Positions 8,640 through 18,268 of a DNA stretch of 44,518 nucleotides are shown one piece after another. Every line of letters begins with the position of its first letter. Positions within the stretch are counted from its first letter, which is position 1. Below the pieces are notes generated by a model. It made no database searches. It saw only the letters and a program-made list of their open reading frames with translations, and had not been told where the DNA came from. The position numbers and the translations under genes are program-made. This stretch comes from Bacteroidia bacterium (GTDB lineage: Bacteria; Bacteroidota; Bacteroidia; UKL13-3), in the NCBI GenBank assembly GCA_044360615.1, contig JBIKKC010000002.1:1-44518 (forward strand). The letters are read 5' to 3'.

Positions 8640-9752
8640 ATGATTGAAATTATTCTGCTTATAGCGACTTCCTTTATGGTTTGCATATATGCCATACCTT
8701 CTATTATTACTGTGGCTAAACTTAAGAATTTATATGATAAGCCAGAGGAACGCAAAATTCATACTATTAAAATACCGCGTTTAGGCGGAGTTGCTATTTT
8801 TACCGCTTTTGCTATTTCGTTATTGGTATTTGGAGAATCGAGCATGGTGGAAGGAATTAGGTACATATCTGCTGCAGGATTGGTGTTGTTTATAAGTGGT
8901 TTAAAAGATGATGTAGTTATCTTATCTCCTCAGAAAAAATTGCTAGCCCAACTGCTTGCCGCAGGATTGGTTACCGTAATGGCCGATATTAGAATTACAG
9001 ATTTTCATGGTGTTTTTGGAGTAAATGAGATTCCCTATTTCGTAAGTATAGCTTTAAGCATGTTTATGATTATTGTGATAACAAATTCTATGAACTTAAT
9101 AGATGGGGCAGATGGGTTGGCTGGCAGTTTAGGCCTAATTATGACATTAACTTTTGCCTATTTCTTTTATACGCAAGGAGAAACCAATTGGGCCATGCTT
9201 GCTTTTTCATTAAGTGGCGCTTTGTTGGGCTTTTTATTCTTTAATTTTAATCCAGCAAAAATTTTCATGGGAGATGCCGGTTCTTTAACCTTAGGTTTTT
9301 TACTTTCTGTATTTGCTATTCATTTTATAGAATATCATAGTCCAGCAGCTGGTAATTATATGCGCTTAAAATCAGCCCCTGGTATTGCTGTTGCCATTTT
9401 GATTATCCCATTGTATGATACTTTACGTGTTTTTTTATTGAGAGCACTTAAGAAAACATCTCCGTTTAAGGCAGATAAAAACCATTTGCATCATTGGCTA
9501 ATAAAAATTGGTTTGGGGCACAAACAAGTAAGTTTAATTTTAAGCGGGGTGAACCTATTATTTATTCTAATTGCATTTGCTATTAAAGATCAACCAGCCT
9601 ATTTGGTTTTAGGATTAATTGTAAGTATGGCTATCATAGCAGGCCAATTACCTATATATATTTATAGGCATAAACTAACAGATATAGAAGTAGACGATTC
9701 GGTTCAAGAAGAAATAACACAAACGCTTTTTGAAAGCAGACTTAGGAAATAA
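8640..9752 (+). CDS. polyprenyl-phosphate N-acetylhexosamine-1-phosphate transferase (WecA/MraY family, GT4 transferase superfamily)
   Basis: 370 aa, about 10 TM segments. NSMNLIDGADGLA and FMGDAGSL motifs. RLGG near the N-terminus. Confidence 0.85.
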   Translation: MIEIILLIATSFMVCIYAIPSIITVAKLKNLYDKPEERKIHTIKIPRLGGVAIFTAFAISLLVFGESSMVEGIRYISAAGLVLFISGLKDDVVILSPQKKLLAQLLAAGLVTVMADIRITDFHGVFGVNEIPYFVSIALSMFMIIVITNSMNLIDGADGLAGSLGLIMTLTFAYFFYTQGETNWAMLAFSLSGALLGFLFFNFNPAKIFMGDAGSLTLGFLLSVFAIHFIEYHSPAAGNYMRLKSAPGIAVAILIIPLYDTLRVFLLRALKKTSPFKADKNHLHHWLIKIGLGHKQVSLILSGVNLLFILIAFAIKDQPAYLVLGLIVSMAIIAGQLPIYIYRHKLTDIEVDDSVQEEITQTLFESRLRK

Positions 9753-9754
9753 TA

Positions 9755-10333
9755 TTAAAGCCTAGTTTTTATAAAATCTAGCATTTGGGCAAATGCTTTT
9801 CCTCTATGGCTGATCCTATTCTTTTCTTCTAAGCTCAACTGTGCAAGGGTTCGTGTGTCATTTTCTGGAATAAAAATAGGATCATAGCCAAACCCTTCAC
9901 TTCCCTTTGGTTCAGGCGTAATGGTTCCTTTTAGCTCCCCTTCAAAATAGTGCATTTCGTTATTTAGGATAAGACAAATTACAGTAACAAAGCGAGCCTC
10001 CCAATTTTCCTTTCCATTTAAGGCTTGCAACAGTTTTTTATTATTGGCCACAGGGTCCTTTTCTAAACCAGCATAGCGGGCAGAGTGCACACCTGGTTCA
10101 TTGTTTAATGCGGTAACCATTAAGCCAGTATCATCTGCAAAACAATTTAATTGGGTGGCCTCCCAAATTGTTTTTGCCTTTATTTCTGCATTATCTTTAA
10201 GGGTTAAACCGTTTTCTTCAATTTCTAAATCGAAACCTATATCAGCTAAGGATTTTATTTCTGCAAACGATTGAAAAACATGTTGAATTTCTTTCGTTTT
10301 ATTGTGGTTGTGCGAAGCAAAAATGAGTTTCAT
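9755..10333 (-). CDS. rdgB: non-canonical purine NTP pyrophosphatase (RdgB/HAM1 family)
   Basis: 192 aa. FASHNHNK, FADDTGL, SARYAG, GFGYDPIF and SHRGKA motifs. Confidence 0.9.
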   Translation of the reverse strand: MKLIFASHNHNKTKEIQHVFQSFAEIKSLADIGFDLEIEENGLTLKDNAEIKAKTIWEATQLNCFADDTGLMVTALNNEPGVHSARYAGLEKDPVANNKKLLQALNGKENWEARFVTVICLILNNEMHYFEGELKGTITPEPKGSEGFGYDPIFIPENDTRTLAQLSLEEKNRISHRGKAFAQMLDFIKTRL

Positions 10334-10334
10334 A

Positions 10335-10814
10335 CTAATTAAAAAAAACCTTTTGAAGCGTAGCCCATAACCTTGCTTTTTGCGCTGGTTCTGTTTTGTA
10401 AGCTGTTAAGCTTAAAGCTTGTATAATTTCTACCCCATTAACCAAGCCACTTTTATGTACAGCTAAATTTACACCCTGCGAACCAAGCCATTGATCTAAC
10501 CCCCATGCAATTAATTGCGTAGGTTGGAAATGATTAAAAATATCCTCCAGGTTTTTACTTGGAAACCGGTCTAAATTTACCACCCAAACATCGTCAAAAG
10601 ACCTTCTTAGGCCTTTTTCTATGATAGTCTTAAGAAACAGCAACTCCTCACTTTCAAGATAATCAGCAGATTTAGTGTTTACTAACATCAATATTTTTTG
10701 GTGCCCTGCCCCTAAGGAATTGTATTCTATTGAAAAATCTCTTTCTTTGACCACGAAAATTTCTTCAAACAGAGGAGATAAAAAAGAATCGGTTATATCT
10801 AAATCATTTTGCAT
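10335..10814 (-). CDS. hypothetical protein (probably co-transcribed with rdgB)
   Basis: ORF with ATG at 10814 (MQNDLDITD...). The track's TTG extension to 10850 overlaps ilvE. The stop lies 1 nt from the rdgB start. I recognise no family. Confidence 0.45.
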   Translation of the reverse strand: MQNDLDITDSFLSPLFEEIFVVKERDFSIEYNSLGAGHQKILMLVNTKSADYLESEELLFLKTIIEKGLRRSFDDVWVVNLDRFPSKNLEDIFNHFQPTQLIAWGLDQWLGSQGVNLAVHKSGLVNGVEIIQALSLTAYKTEPAQKARLWATLQKVFFN

Positions 10815-10817
10815 ACC

Positions 10818-11879
10818 ATGGCAATTTCTATAAAAATAAATAAAACACAAGCATCAAGAATTCATTTATGTGATTTTGAAAACATTGAATTTGGAAAAAT
10901 ATTTTCAGACCACATGTTTAAGGTAGATTTTATTGACGGGAAATGGCAAGATGGGGAAATACTTCCGTATGGAGAAATTCCGATGGCACCTAGTATTTCT
11001 GCTTTGCATTATGGTCAGGCGATATTTGAAGGGATGAAAGCATTTAAAGGTACAGACGGAAACCCACAATTGTTTAGACCCCTTGAGAATTTTAAGCGCC
11101 TAAATTTAAGTGCGGCCAGAATGGGTATGCCTGAGATACCTGAAGAAATCTTCATAGGCGGATTAAAGGAGTTAGTAAGTTTAGACAGAGATTGGATACC
11201 TACTAAAGAAGGTTCTGCTTTATATTTAAGGCCATTTATGTTTGCTACGGATGATTTTGTGGGCGTGAGGCCAAGCAGTAATTATTGCTTTATAATTTTT
11301 TGTTGCCCAGTTAATTCTTATTACCCTAAGCCAATTAAAGTAAAAGTTGAGCAAAAATATGTAAGGGCATCAGATGGTATGGCTGGATTTGCAAAGGCTG
11401 CTGGTAATTATGGAATTAGTATGCTACCTTCTATGGAGGCAAAGAAGCAAGGATATGATCAGATTATTTGGACAGATGGCCGCACGCATGAGCATGTTGA
11501 AGAATCGGGTACCACTAATTTGTTCTTTGTAATTGAAGATAAATTAATTTTAACGCCTGCATTAGATGGCAATATTTTAGAAGGCATTACAAGAGATTCT
11601 TGTTTACAGTTGCTAAAAAAAGAAGGCTATATTATTGAAGAAAGAAAAATTAGCATCAAAGAGATTATAGCGTATGCAAAGGACGGAAAGCTAAGCGATT
11701 GCTTTGGCACAGGAACAGCAGCCATTATAGCTAAGATTGCTGCCATTGGGTTTGAAGGTATAGATTATGAATTACCGCCTGCAGAAAATCGTAAGGTGAG
11801 TAATTGGTTATTTAAAACCATTATTGGCATACAAACCTCAACTGTTAAAGACGAATTTAATTGGATAGAAAAGGTTTAA
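10818..11879 (+). CDS. ilvE: branched-chain amino acid aminotransferase (class IV PLP enzyme)
   Basis: FGKIFSDHMF, HYGQAIFEGMKAF, FRP..N..RL..SA.RM and the EESGTTNLF motif. ATG at 10818 (the track's TTG at 10809 is an alternative). Confidence 0.9.
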   Translation: MAISIKINKTQASRIHLCDFENIEFGKIFSDHMFKVDFIDGKWQDGEILPYGEIPMAPSISALHYGQAIFEGMKAFKGTDGNPQLFRPLENFKRLNLSAARMGMPEIPEEIFIGGLKELVSLDRDWIPTKEGSALYLRPFMFATDDFVGVRPSSNYCFIIFCCPVNSYYPKPIKVKVEQKYVRASDGMAGFAKAAGNYGISMLPSMEAKKQGYDQIIWTDGRTHEHVEESGTTNLFFVIEDKLILTPALDGNILEGITRDSCLQLLKKEGYIIEERKISIKEIIAYAKDGKLSDCFGTGTAAIIAKIAAIGFEGIDYELPPAENRKVSNWLFKTIIGIQTSTVKDEFNWIEKV

Positions 11880-13045
11880 GCACGCTTAGCTCTTTCCCAA
11901 TTTGCACTTTGTTTACCGCGTAAAAACTTTATCAAACCAAGGTACATACATAGGTTCATGATAAAGAAATAATAAGGAACAAAAAGCACCTTTACCTTAA
12001 TTTTTTTATTAGCTAAATACCAGCCAAGCAAGGCCATGGCATAGAATACGATTTGAGCTAAAATCAGGCAAGTATAAATACCTCCAAATTGAAATGCCAA
12101 GGGAATATTAGTTAAGAAGATAAGCAACAAGGATAAAGGGGCTAATGTCCAACGAAGCACCCTATGTGAAATGAATAAAAAGCTAACTCTAAAGTTAGCT
12201 AGTAAATTAAACGCCTTAGGCAAACGACCCATACTTTGAAAGGCACCAGCCGCAATGCGCACTTTTCTTTTTAGTTCCTCGCCTACATTGGCGCTAGCAG
12301 TTTCTGCTGCGTAGGCATTCTTTTCATATATAACTCTGTACCCATTGGTAGCAATTTGCATGCTTTGCATCAAATCATCGAGTAAACTATCTTTAGGTAA
12401 TTCTTTATAGAGACTTGTTCTATAGCTCATGAGCTCTCCTGCCGCACCAACAATGGTATAAAAATCGGAATCTAGTTGCTTTAAAAAGCTTTCATATTTC
12501 CAATAAATACCTTCTCCTGCCCCACTTGCATTTTCTTTATCTTTGGTAATAATACGTTTTTCCCCAGTAACAGCGCCAACCTTAGGATTGGCATAATGTT
12601 TAACCATTTCGCGAATTGCTTCAGAATTAAGTTCTGTATTGGCATCACAAAAGACCACGATTGAACCCTTTACGTGCTGCATAGCTCTATTCATTGCTGC
12701 TGCTTTTCCATTGCGTGCATCCTCATGTAAACCTAGCACTTGAGGGTACTTTTTTATTCTATTAGCAGTATCATCGTTAGACCCATCGCTTATAAAAATT
12801 AGTTGAAGTTTATCTTGAGGATAATCTAAGAGGAGGCTATTTCTAATTTTATCTTCTATATAATCTGCCTCATTAAAACAAGGGACAACTAAACTAACAT
12901 AAGGCTCAAAACTATTATCAAAAGTAGGTTTAGCGCTAAGCATTTTTTTTATTCTAACTATAAAATAAAGTAAAATGCCATACCCTAAATAGCTATATAC
13001 CACTATAGCAATTCCAATCCAGAATGTTAGCAACTGAAGGTTCAT
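11876..13045 (-). CDS. membrane-embedded family-2 glycosyltransferase
   Basis: N-terminal TM, VSLVVPCFNE, FISDGSNDDT, VVFCDANT (DxD-like), then C-terminal TM helices. The ATG at 13045 overlaps the upstream TAA by 1 nt (TAATG). The stop overlaps the convergent ilvE stop. Confidence 0.8.
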   Translation of the reverse strand: MNLQLLTFWIGIAIVVYSYLGYGILLYFIVRIKKMLSAKPTFDNSFEPYVSLVVPCFNEADYIEDKIRNSLLLDYPQDKLQLIFISDGSNDDTANRIKKYPQVLGLHEDARNGKAAAMNRAMQHVKGSIVVFCDANTELNSEAIREMVKHYANPKVGAVTGEKRIITKDKENASGAGEGIYWKYESFLKQLDSDFYTIVGAAGELMSYRTSLYKELPKDSLLDDLMQSMQIATNGYRVIYEKNAYAAETASANVGEELKRKVRIAAGAFQSMGRLPKAFNLLANFRVSFLFISHRVLRWTLAPLSLLLIFLTNIPLAFQFGGIYTCLILAQIVFYAMALLGWYLANKKIKVKVLFVPYYFFIMNLCMYLGLIKFLRGKQSANWERAKRA

Positions 13046-13815
13046 TACTTTCCTATTTTTGTCCAGGAGGTATAGAAACCACAAGTTAAGTGTCGAGGTA
13101 AATAATCTGCTATTTTACAGTCGAGCACTTGTAAAAATTTTAGTTTGCGAGTAAGCAGGGAAAATGGGAAAATACGCTCTAGGAAATCGGCATTTCTAAA
13201 ATCTATATTTTTGAAGCCAACTCCTGTTAATAAACGCGTAAAGGCACCCACAGTAAAAAACTGAACATGTGTTAAGTCTTCATTAGAACTTTGTAAAGTT
13301 TTGGCACTATAACCTAATAACTTTTTAAAACTTATTAGTGGTTGAGCTAACCCCTTTTTTGTAAGGTATTGCATGGGTCTGGTAATTAATAATTCTCTTG
13401 GGCCATAGCCATTAGGAACAGTTGCCACAAAAACACCGCCTGGCTTAAGAATTCTATAAATACTTTCGCTGAGTTCATAAGGTTTATTTAAATGCTCTAG
13501 AACCTCACTGCACACTACTGCATCAAAGGCATCTACCATAGCAAATGAATTGGCATCTAACACCTCAAATTTAACATTTGAAAATGTTGACCGACTTCTT
13601 GCGGTATCAACAGAAGTTTGATCGATATCTACCCCGGTTACCTGATAACCTAATGAACCTAGAGCCAAACTAATATTACCGTTACCACATCCAATATCTA
13701 GTACTTTAGCTTCTTTATTGTTTAAGTTACGAATAGCATTCACAATAAAATCGAGTCTTTTAAAATCTTCAACATCTGTGTAATTGGTTGATTTGTGATA
13801 GTTATTAGTTTGCAT
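13045..13815 (-). CDS. class I SAM-dependent methyltransferase
   Basis: 256 aa. Motif I VLDIGCGNGNISLAL. Post-I acidic residue GVDID. Motif II/III DAVVCSEVLEHL, LKPGGVF. Confidence 0.85.
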   Translation of the reverse strand: MQTNNYHKSTNYTDVEDFKRLDFIVNAIRNLNNKEAKVLDIGCGNGNISLALGSLGYQVTGVDIDQTSVDTARSRSTFSNVKFEVLDANSFAMVDAFDAVVCSEVLEHLNKPYELSESIYRILKPGGVFVATVPNGYGPRELLITRPMQYLTKKGLAQPLISFKKLLGYSAKTLQSSNEDLTHVQFFTVGAFTRLLTGVGFKNIDFRNADFLERIFPFSLLTRKLKFLQVLDCKIADYLPRHLTCGFYTSWTKIGK

Positions 13816-13826
13816 TTAAAATAAGT

Positions 13827-14957
13827 TTAATGAATAATACTTTCATAAATTGATAATGTTAAACGTGCATTAGCTTCCCAGCTAAATTGCTTTGCTCTTT
13901 CAATTCCTTTGGCGGCTAAAGTAATGGCTAAATCTCTATTTTTCCATAACTGATTTATTGCATTTGCAAGTGCATTAGGATCAAAGGGATCTACAATAAG
14001 CGCGGCATCCCCTGCTATTTCTGGCATCGACGAAGTATCGGAGGTAATAATAGGCACACCACAATGCATGGCTTCTAAAAGTGGGATTCCAAAACTTTCT
14101 CTTAACGAGGGGTACAAAAACATGGAGGCTTGGCTATAAATTGCAGGTAAATCAGTATTTGGAATATACCCTGTAAATTGAATTTCCTCTAGAACTGAAG
14201 TATCACCAATTTCTGTTGCCAAATTTTGAAGATACTGCTTGTTAATGTCGAGCATGACTAAAGGACATGGCAAATCGTTATGTTGTTTTAAGATGCTAAT
14301 TGCTTTTAATACCCCCTTCACATTTTTCTTTGGATCGGTATTACCTAAGAAGAAAATAAAGTTATCTGGCAGTTTGTACTTTTCTTTAGCCGCTTTAAGC
14401 AGCATTTTATCTTCAACTCTTTTAAAATGATTAGCAGCACCGTTATGTGCGGTAATTACAGAAGCTGGAGGAAGCTTAAAATAATCGCAGATTCTTTGAT
14501 TCTCAAAATCTGAAACTGTTAAAATTTCCTTTGCATGTGGGACAATCATTGGAACATTTAATCTTCGGTATAGGTTTCCAAATTTTTGATAGGCTGTTCC
14601 CTGGTTAAAACTTAATTTTTCCAAATATATAATATCATGTAGCGTTAGCACTAATGGAACACTTAAGAAAACAGGAGCGGTGTTACTAGTACAATGCAAT
14701 AGATCCACCTTTTCGCGAATGGCAGCTTTAGGCAGTAAAACCTGCTCCCAAATTGGATATGGAGCTGAACGCAATTTTACAATTTTTACATTATCTGATT
14801 CTTGCAAACAAGCTTGGTCTTCATCTGGCTTAACAAAGACAATGATTTCATGAGGATGATTTAAGCGTTGCAAAGCCTTTATAAGTTCTAAAGCAACCAT
14901 ATCCATGCCATGCTTTTTCTTTCTAAAGATTCGCTGTGCCTCAATTCCAATTCTCAT
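13827..14957 (-). CDS. GT-B fold glycosyltransferase (GT4/'family 1' type)
   Basis: MRIGIEAQRIF start at ATG 14957. C-terminal PSLRESFGIPLLEAMHCGVPIITSDTSSMPEI (E-x7-E region). The GTG extension to 15044 is rejected because it overlaps the upstream gene. Confidence 0.85.
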   Translation of the reverse strand: MRIGIEAQRIFRKKKHGMDMVALELIKALQRLNHPHEIIVFVKPDEDQACLQESDNVKIVKLRSAPYPIWEQVLLPKAAIREKVDLLHCTSNTAPVFLSVPLVLTLHDIIYLEKLSFNQGTAYQKFGNLYRRLNVPMIVPHAKEILTVSDFENQRICDYFKLPPASVITAHNGAANHFKRVEDKMLLKAAKEKYKLPDNFIFFLGNTDPKKNVKGVLKAISILKQHNDLPCPLVMLDINKQYLQNLATEIGDTSVLEEIQFTGYIPNTDLPAIYSQASMFLYPSLRESFGIPLLEAMHCGVPIITSDTSSMPEIAGDAALIVDPFDPNALANAINQLWKNRDLAITLAAKGIERAKQFSWEANARLTLSIYESIIH

Positions 14958-14958
14958 T

Positions 14959-16155
14959 TTACGACTGCTTTTTAGTTTTAATGGTTGCGGTGTGCTGAGT
15001 ATGAACAAATGTTTTGCTGTTACCTTTACTTTTAAGCATGGCACCTACCATAAGGCAAAATGCAAAAGGTAATCTAAGCGCTGCATTAAGTGTTTTAACA
15101 TTAAAATAGGCCGATGGAATGGCAAAAATATAGCTAAGAGAGTTGAGAAGAAATAAAGCAATAAAAAAGATACCAAAATTATTTGAAGGAATAAAGTAGA
15201 TAAAGATACTGAAGAAAGATAGACCTAATAATAAAATCCTAGGTAAAACAATACGATGTAAGGCTTTATTAAAAAAATCAAAATTACCTTTTAAAATGAG
15301 GTTAGAAATACCCTCGAAAAATACGGTATTAAAATCAAAAAACTGAGAGGAAATCCAACGCTTACGTTGGGAGGAAAACACCTTAGCATCTTGTACTTTT
15401 TCATCATAAACCAAAGCATCGTTTTCATATAATACGCTTATTCCATTTCGAACCAAATAATATTCCAGCTCTTTATCTTCAACAGCAGAATCTATGCCGC
15501 TCATTGCTTCTTTAAAAGGCATATAACGCATGGCTTGGCCAGATCCAGATAAAGCAGATGAAACACCAAGTGTCACATGGCCTTTTCTAAATATGTGGTT
15601 ATTAATTTCTTCACTTAATCCATCCAAAATAGAAAAAGGTGAATCTAAATTTTTTGCAGTTCTATGCCCTTGAATAATCATTTGATCGTCTTGCAAACGG
15701 GCATTAATTTTGGCTAAATACTGATGCTCCATAATATTATCCACATCGAGCACTAGACAGTAATCGTAAACATCATCAGGTATTAAACCCAATGCCGTGT
15801 TAAGACTTTTTGCTTTTGTACTTTTATCAAAAGCAACTTGAATTAACTTTATTGGCATTACCAATAACTCGCCTATAGTTAGTTGCTTTAGAGAATCGGC
15901 AATAACAATTACATCAAATTTATCTTTTGGGTAATCTTGATTTAAGGAATGCCCAACTGTGTTTAATATTACTTCATCATGCTTGTAAGCAGGAATTAAA
16001 ACTGCAAAGCGATGATATTTCTTGACTACGATTTTCCTAAAATTTGTAGTTTTATAAAAGATTCCACCGAGGCTAAAGATGGCAAGATAAACCACATTAA
16101 AGGTTAGGTAAAACAACAAAACGCATTCTATAATTAACAATATCTTTTCTAACAT
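14959..16155 (-). CDS. membrane-embedded family-2 glycosyltransferase, synthase-like (paralog A)
   Basis: 398 aa. N-terminal TM, FAVLIPAYKHDEVI, VIVIADS, LVLDVDN, SSQRKRW (QxxRW) and C-terminal TM bundle. Clear paralog of 16159-17352 (shared EEINNHIFRK). Confidence 0.8.
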   Translation of the reverse strand: MLEKILLIIECVLLFYLTFNVVYLAIFSLGGIFYKTTNFRKIVVKKYHRFAVLIPAYKHDEVILNTVGHSLNQDYPKDKFDVIVIADSLKQLTIGELLVMPIKLIQVAFDKSTKAKSLNTALGLIPDDVYDYCLVLDVDNIMEHQYLAKINARLQDDQMIIQGHRTAKNLDSPFSILDGLSEEINNHIFRKGHVTLGVSSALSGSGQAMRYMPFKEAMSGIDSAVEDKELEYYLVRNGISVLYENDALVYDEKVQDAKVFSSQRKRWISSQFFDFNTVFFEGISNLILKGNFDFFNKALHRIVLPRILLLGLSFFSIFIYFIPSNNFGIFFIALFLLNSLSYIFAIPSAYFNVKTLNAALRLPFAFCLMVGAMLKSKGNSKTFVHTQHTATIKTKKQS

Positions 16156-16158
16156 AAA

Positions 16159-17352
16159 CTAGATAGATTTTTTACTATCATTTGAAATAACCGTACTATG
16201 AGGGGTATGAATAAACTTCTTATTTGCTCCTTTCAACTTAAAAAGATTTAAAAACATTAAAGCGAAGCCTTGAGGCAGAAACGCCAATGCTTTCAGAGTT
16301 CTTAAGTTATAATACTTTAAGGGAGTTGCTAAAACAAGTGCAAAGAATTGAAATATAAAAACTATTAAAAACAAATTACCATAAGGCAAACTAAAAAACC
16401 AAGTAAAACAAAACAAAGCTGTTAAACCAAGATTAAGAACACGTGGTAATAAAAGTAATTGAAGCGATTTATCTAAATAATCTATATTAAGTGTGCGAAT
16501 AGATGCAATAATTCCCTTTAGGGCATATTTGCGCATAAAAGTAAGTTGCGCCGACATCCATCTTCGTCTTTGATTTTGAAAAACTTCTGGTAATTGAACT
16601 TTTTCATCAAACACTAAAAGGTCATGAGCATAATCAATCTTAATAAGCCTCGAGATTAATAATATCTCCATTTCCTTATCAAACCCACCAATAGCCTTTA
16701 TTTCTCGCATTATTTCGACAAATAATGGGTAAGCCATTGCTTTGCCTGAACCAATTAAGGCAGAAGATAATCCTAAAGCTTTATGCGCCTTTCGAAAAAT
16801 ATGATTATTTATTTCTTCACTTATAGCATCTAAAACGGAGAAGTTGGTGTCCTCATTTTTTGCTAACCTATGGGCCTGCAAAACTTGCTGCCCTGCTTGC
16901 AAACGTTCATTCAATTTCGATAAAAATTCTGCCTGCATCAAATTATCAATATCTAAGATAATTGCATAGTCGTAATGTACATTTTGCAATGCGTCAATTG
17001 CAGCATTTAGTGCTTTGCCCTTTGTACTGTTCTCAAACTGAACTTCCACAACCTTAATAGGTAATGCACATAATTTCTCAATTGTTTGTGGCTTTAAAGA
17101 GTCTGCTATAATTATAACATCAAACAAATCTTCGGGATAATTTTGTTTAAGGGATTCTTTGGCAGTATGCAAGATTACCTCATCTCCTTTATAAGCTGGG
17201 ATAAATACAGCAAATTTATTTAACTTCTTTAACGTATAAGAGGGTGGTCGTTGTGGGAAGATACCGACAATTGCAAAAAACAGTAAATAGCCTGAGTTAA
17301 ATAGCAGAATAACTGCAAAAAAACTTAAACCAATATTTAGCAATACATCCAT
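16159..17352 (-). CDS. membrane-embedded family-2 glycosyltransferase, synthase-like (paralog B)
   Basis: 397 aa. FAVFIPAYKGDEVI, VIIIADS, IILDIDN, QNQRRRW (QxxRW) and C-terminal TM bundle. Confidence 0.8.
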   Translation of the reverse strand: MDVLLNIGLSFFAVILLFNSGYLLFFAIVGIFPQRPPSYTLKKLNKFAVFIPAYKGDEVILHTAKESLKQNYPEDLFDVIIIADSLKPQTIEKLCALPIKVVEVQFENSTKGKALNAAIDALQNVHYDYAIILDIDNLMQAEFLSKLNERLQAGQQVLQAHRLAKNEDTNFSVLDAISEEINNHIFRKAHKALGLSSALIGSGKAMAYPLFVEIMREIKAIGGFDKEMEILLISRLIKIDYAHDLLVFDEKVQLPEVFQNQRRRWMSAQLTFMRKYALKGIIASIRTLNIDYLDKSLQLLLLPRVLNLGLTALFCFTWFFSLPYGNLFLIVFIFQFFALVLATPLKYYNLRTLKALAFLPQGFALMFLNLFKLKGANKKFIHTPHSTVISNDSKKSI

Positions 17353-17353
17353 T

Positions 17354-18268
17354 TTATTTGATAATTAAACCTTGGTTTTGGTGAACATCAAAGTGCCTCA
17401 AATTCCAACTTACTCCTCTCACAAAAGCCCTTAGCAAATTAAAATCTTTCAGTAATATATATTTAATAATTCCTTTAGGAAATGAAAATAAAAAGAAAAA
17501 TAATAATGCAGTAACTTTTTGGAAACCTTGGGCATTTCTCCTGGTGTAAATAAGTCGGTTTCTGGTTAAATAATAGGTTTTCAAAGGACTATCCTTACCA
17601 ACAGACATAGATTCTTTATGATATACCAACGATTCTCCGCAATACCAGATTTCAAATCCAGCTCTTTTTACGCGTTCACAAAAGTCTGTTTCTTCATAAT
17701 ACAGAAAAAAAAGTTCAGCCATTAAACCAATTTTTTCAACCACCCTCCTATTTATAATCATAGCAGCCCCATGTGCCAATTGCGTTTGATAATTAGCATT
17801 ATAAATAGTAGCATCCTTTTGATTGTAACCAATGGCAAAACCTCGTCCAGTGTACAAATTAATACCATTGCTCCCTGCAAACTGAAGGGTATCTGGCTGG
17901 AAAAAATACAAAAGCTTAGAACTTGCAATACCGATAGAAGGATTGGATTCCATTAAGTTAACAAGAGGCTCAAGAAAATTAGGTGCTGGTTCTGTATCAT
18001 TATTTAACAAAAAGAAATACTTCCCCTTTGCTTGCTTTAAAGCAAGGTTATTTCCACCTGCAAATCCCAGATTTTCTTTACTCTCAATAAAATGAACTTT
18101 GGGATATAGCTCAAACAATTCACTTATACTTTCGGATGAAGCATTATCAACTACCCAAACATCAAAATTGGGGTAGCTCACTTTTTCCAAAGACTCCAGA
18201 AAAGCCTGAGTATACTTTTTACCATTATAATTAACAGTAATTAAACTTACTAAGGGTTGATTGCTCAT
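17354..18268 (-). CDS. family-2 glycosyltransferase (soluble, rhamnosyltransferase-like)
   Basis: 304 aa. VSLITVNYNG, VVDNASS, GFAGGNN, LLNNDTE and YYEETDFC motifs. ATGA overlap with the upstream wzy stop. Confidence 0.85.
   Translation of the reverse strand: MSNQPLVSLITVNYNGKKYTQAFLESLEKVSYPNFDVWVVDNASSESISELFELYPKVHFIESKENLGFAGGNNLALKQAKGKYFFLLNNDTEPAPNFLEPLVNLMESNPSIGIASSKLLYFFQPDTLQFAGSNGINLYTGRGFAIGYNQKDATIYNANYQTQLAHGAAMIINRRVVEKIGLMAELFFLYYEETDFCERVKRAGFEIWYCGESLVYHKESMSVGKDSPLKTYYLTRNRLIYTRRNAQGFQKVTALLFFFLFSFPKGIIKYILLKDFNLLRAFVRGVSWNLRHFDVHQNQGLIIK

Noticed and set aside
8327-8755. 142-aa minus-strand ORF spanning the pdxH 3' end and the wecA-like 5' end
   Set aside because: It overlaps two strongly supported plus-strand genes and shows no motifs.
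11876-11879. Convergent genes sharing overlapping stop codons (ilvE/GT2 at the TTAA 11876-11879; also slyD and the membrane protein at 37743-37746), with no room for terminators
   Set aside because: The overlap is real in the sequence, but such 4-nt convergent overlaps are common in compact genomes. I saw no associated structure.
13046-13084. TTG/GTG N-terminal extensions proposed by the track. The clearest is 13084; others are 15044, 10850, 24069, 24125, 28501, 38256, 41086, 37196, 6548 and 3411.
   Set aside because: In each case a downstream ATG gives a typical N-terminus (signal peptide, TM or conserved motif). It also removes an overlap with the neighbouring gene or with a promoter box. 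These remain alternatives, not disproven.
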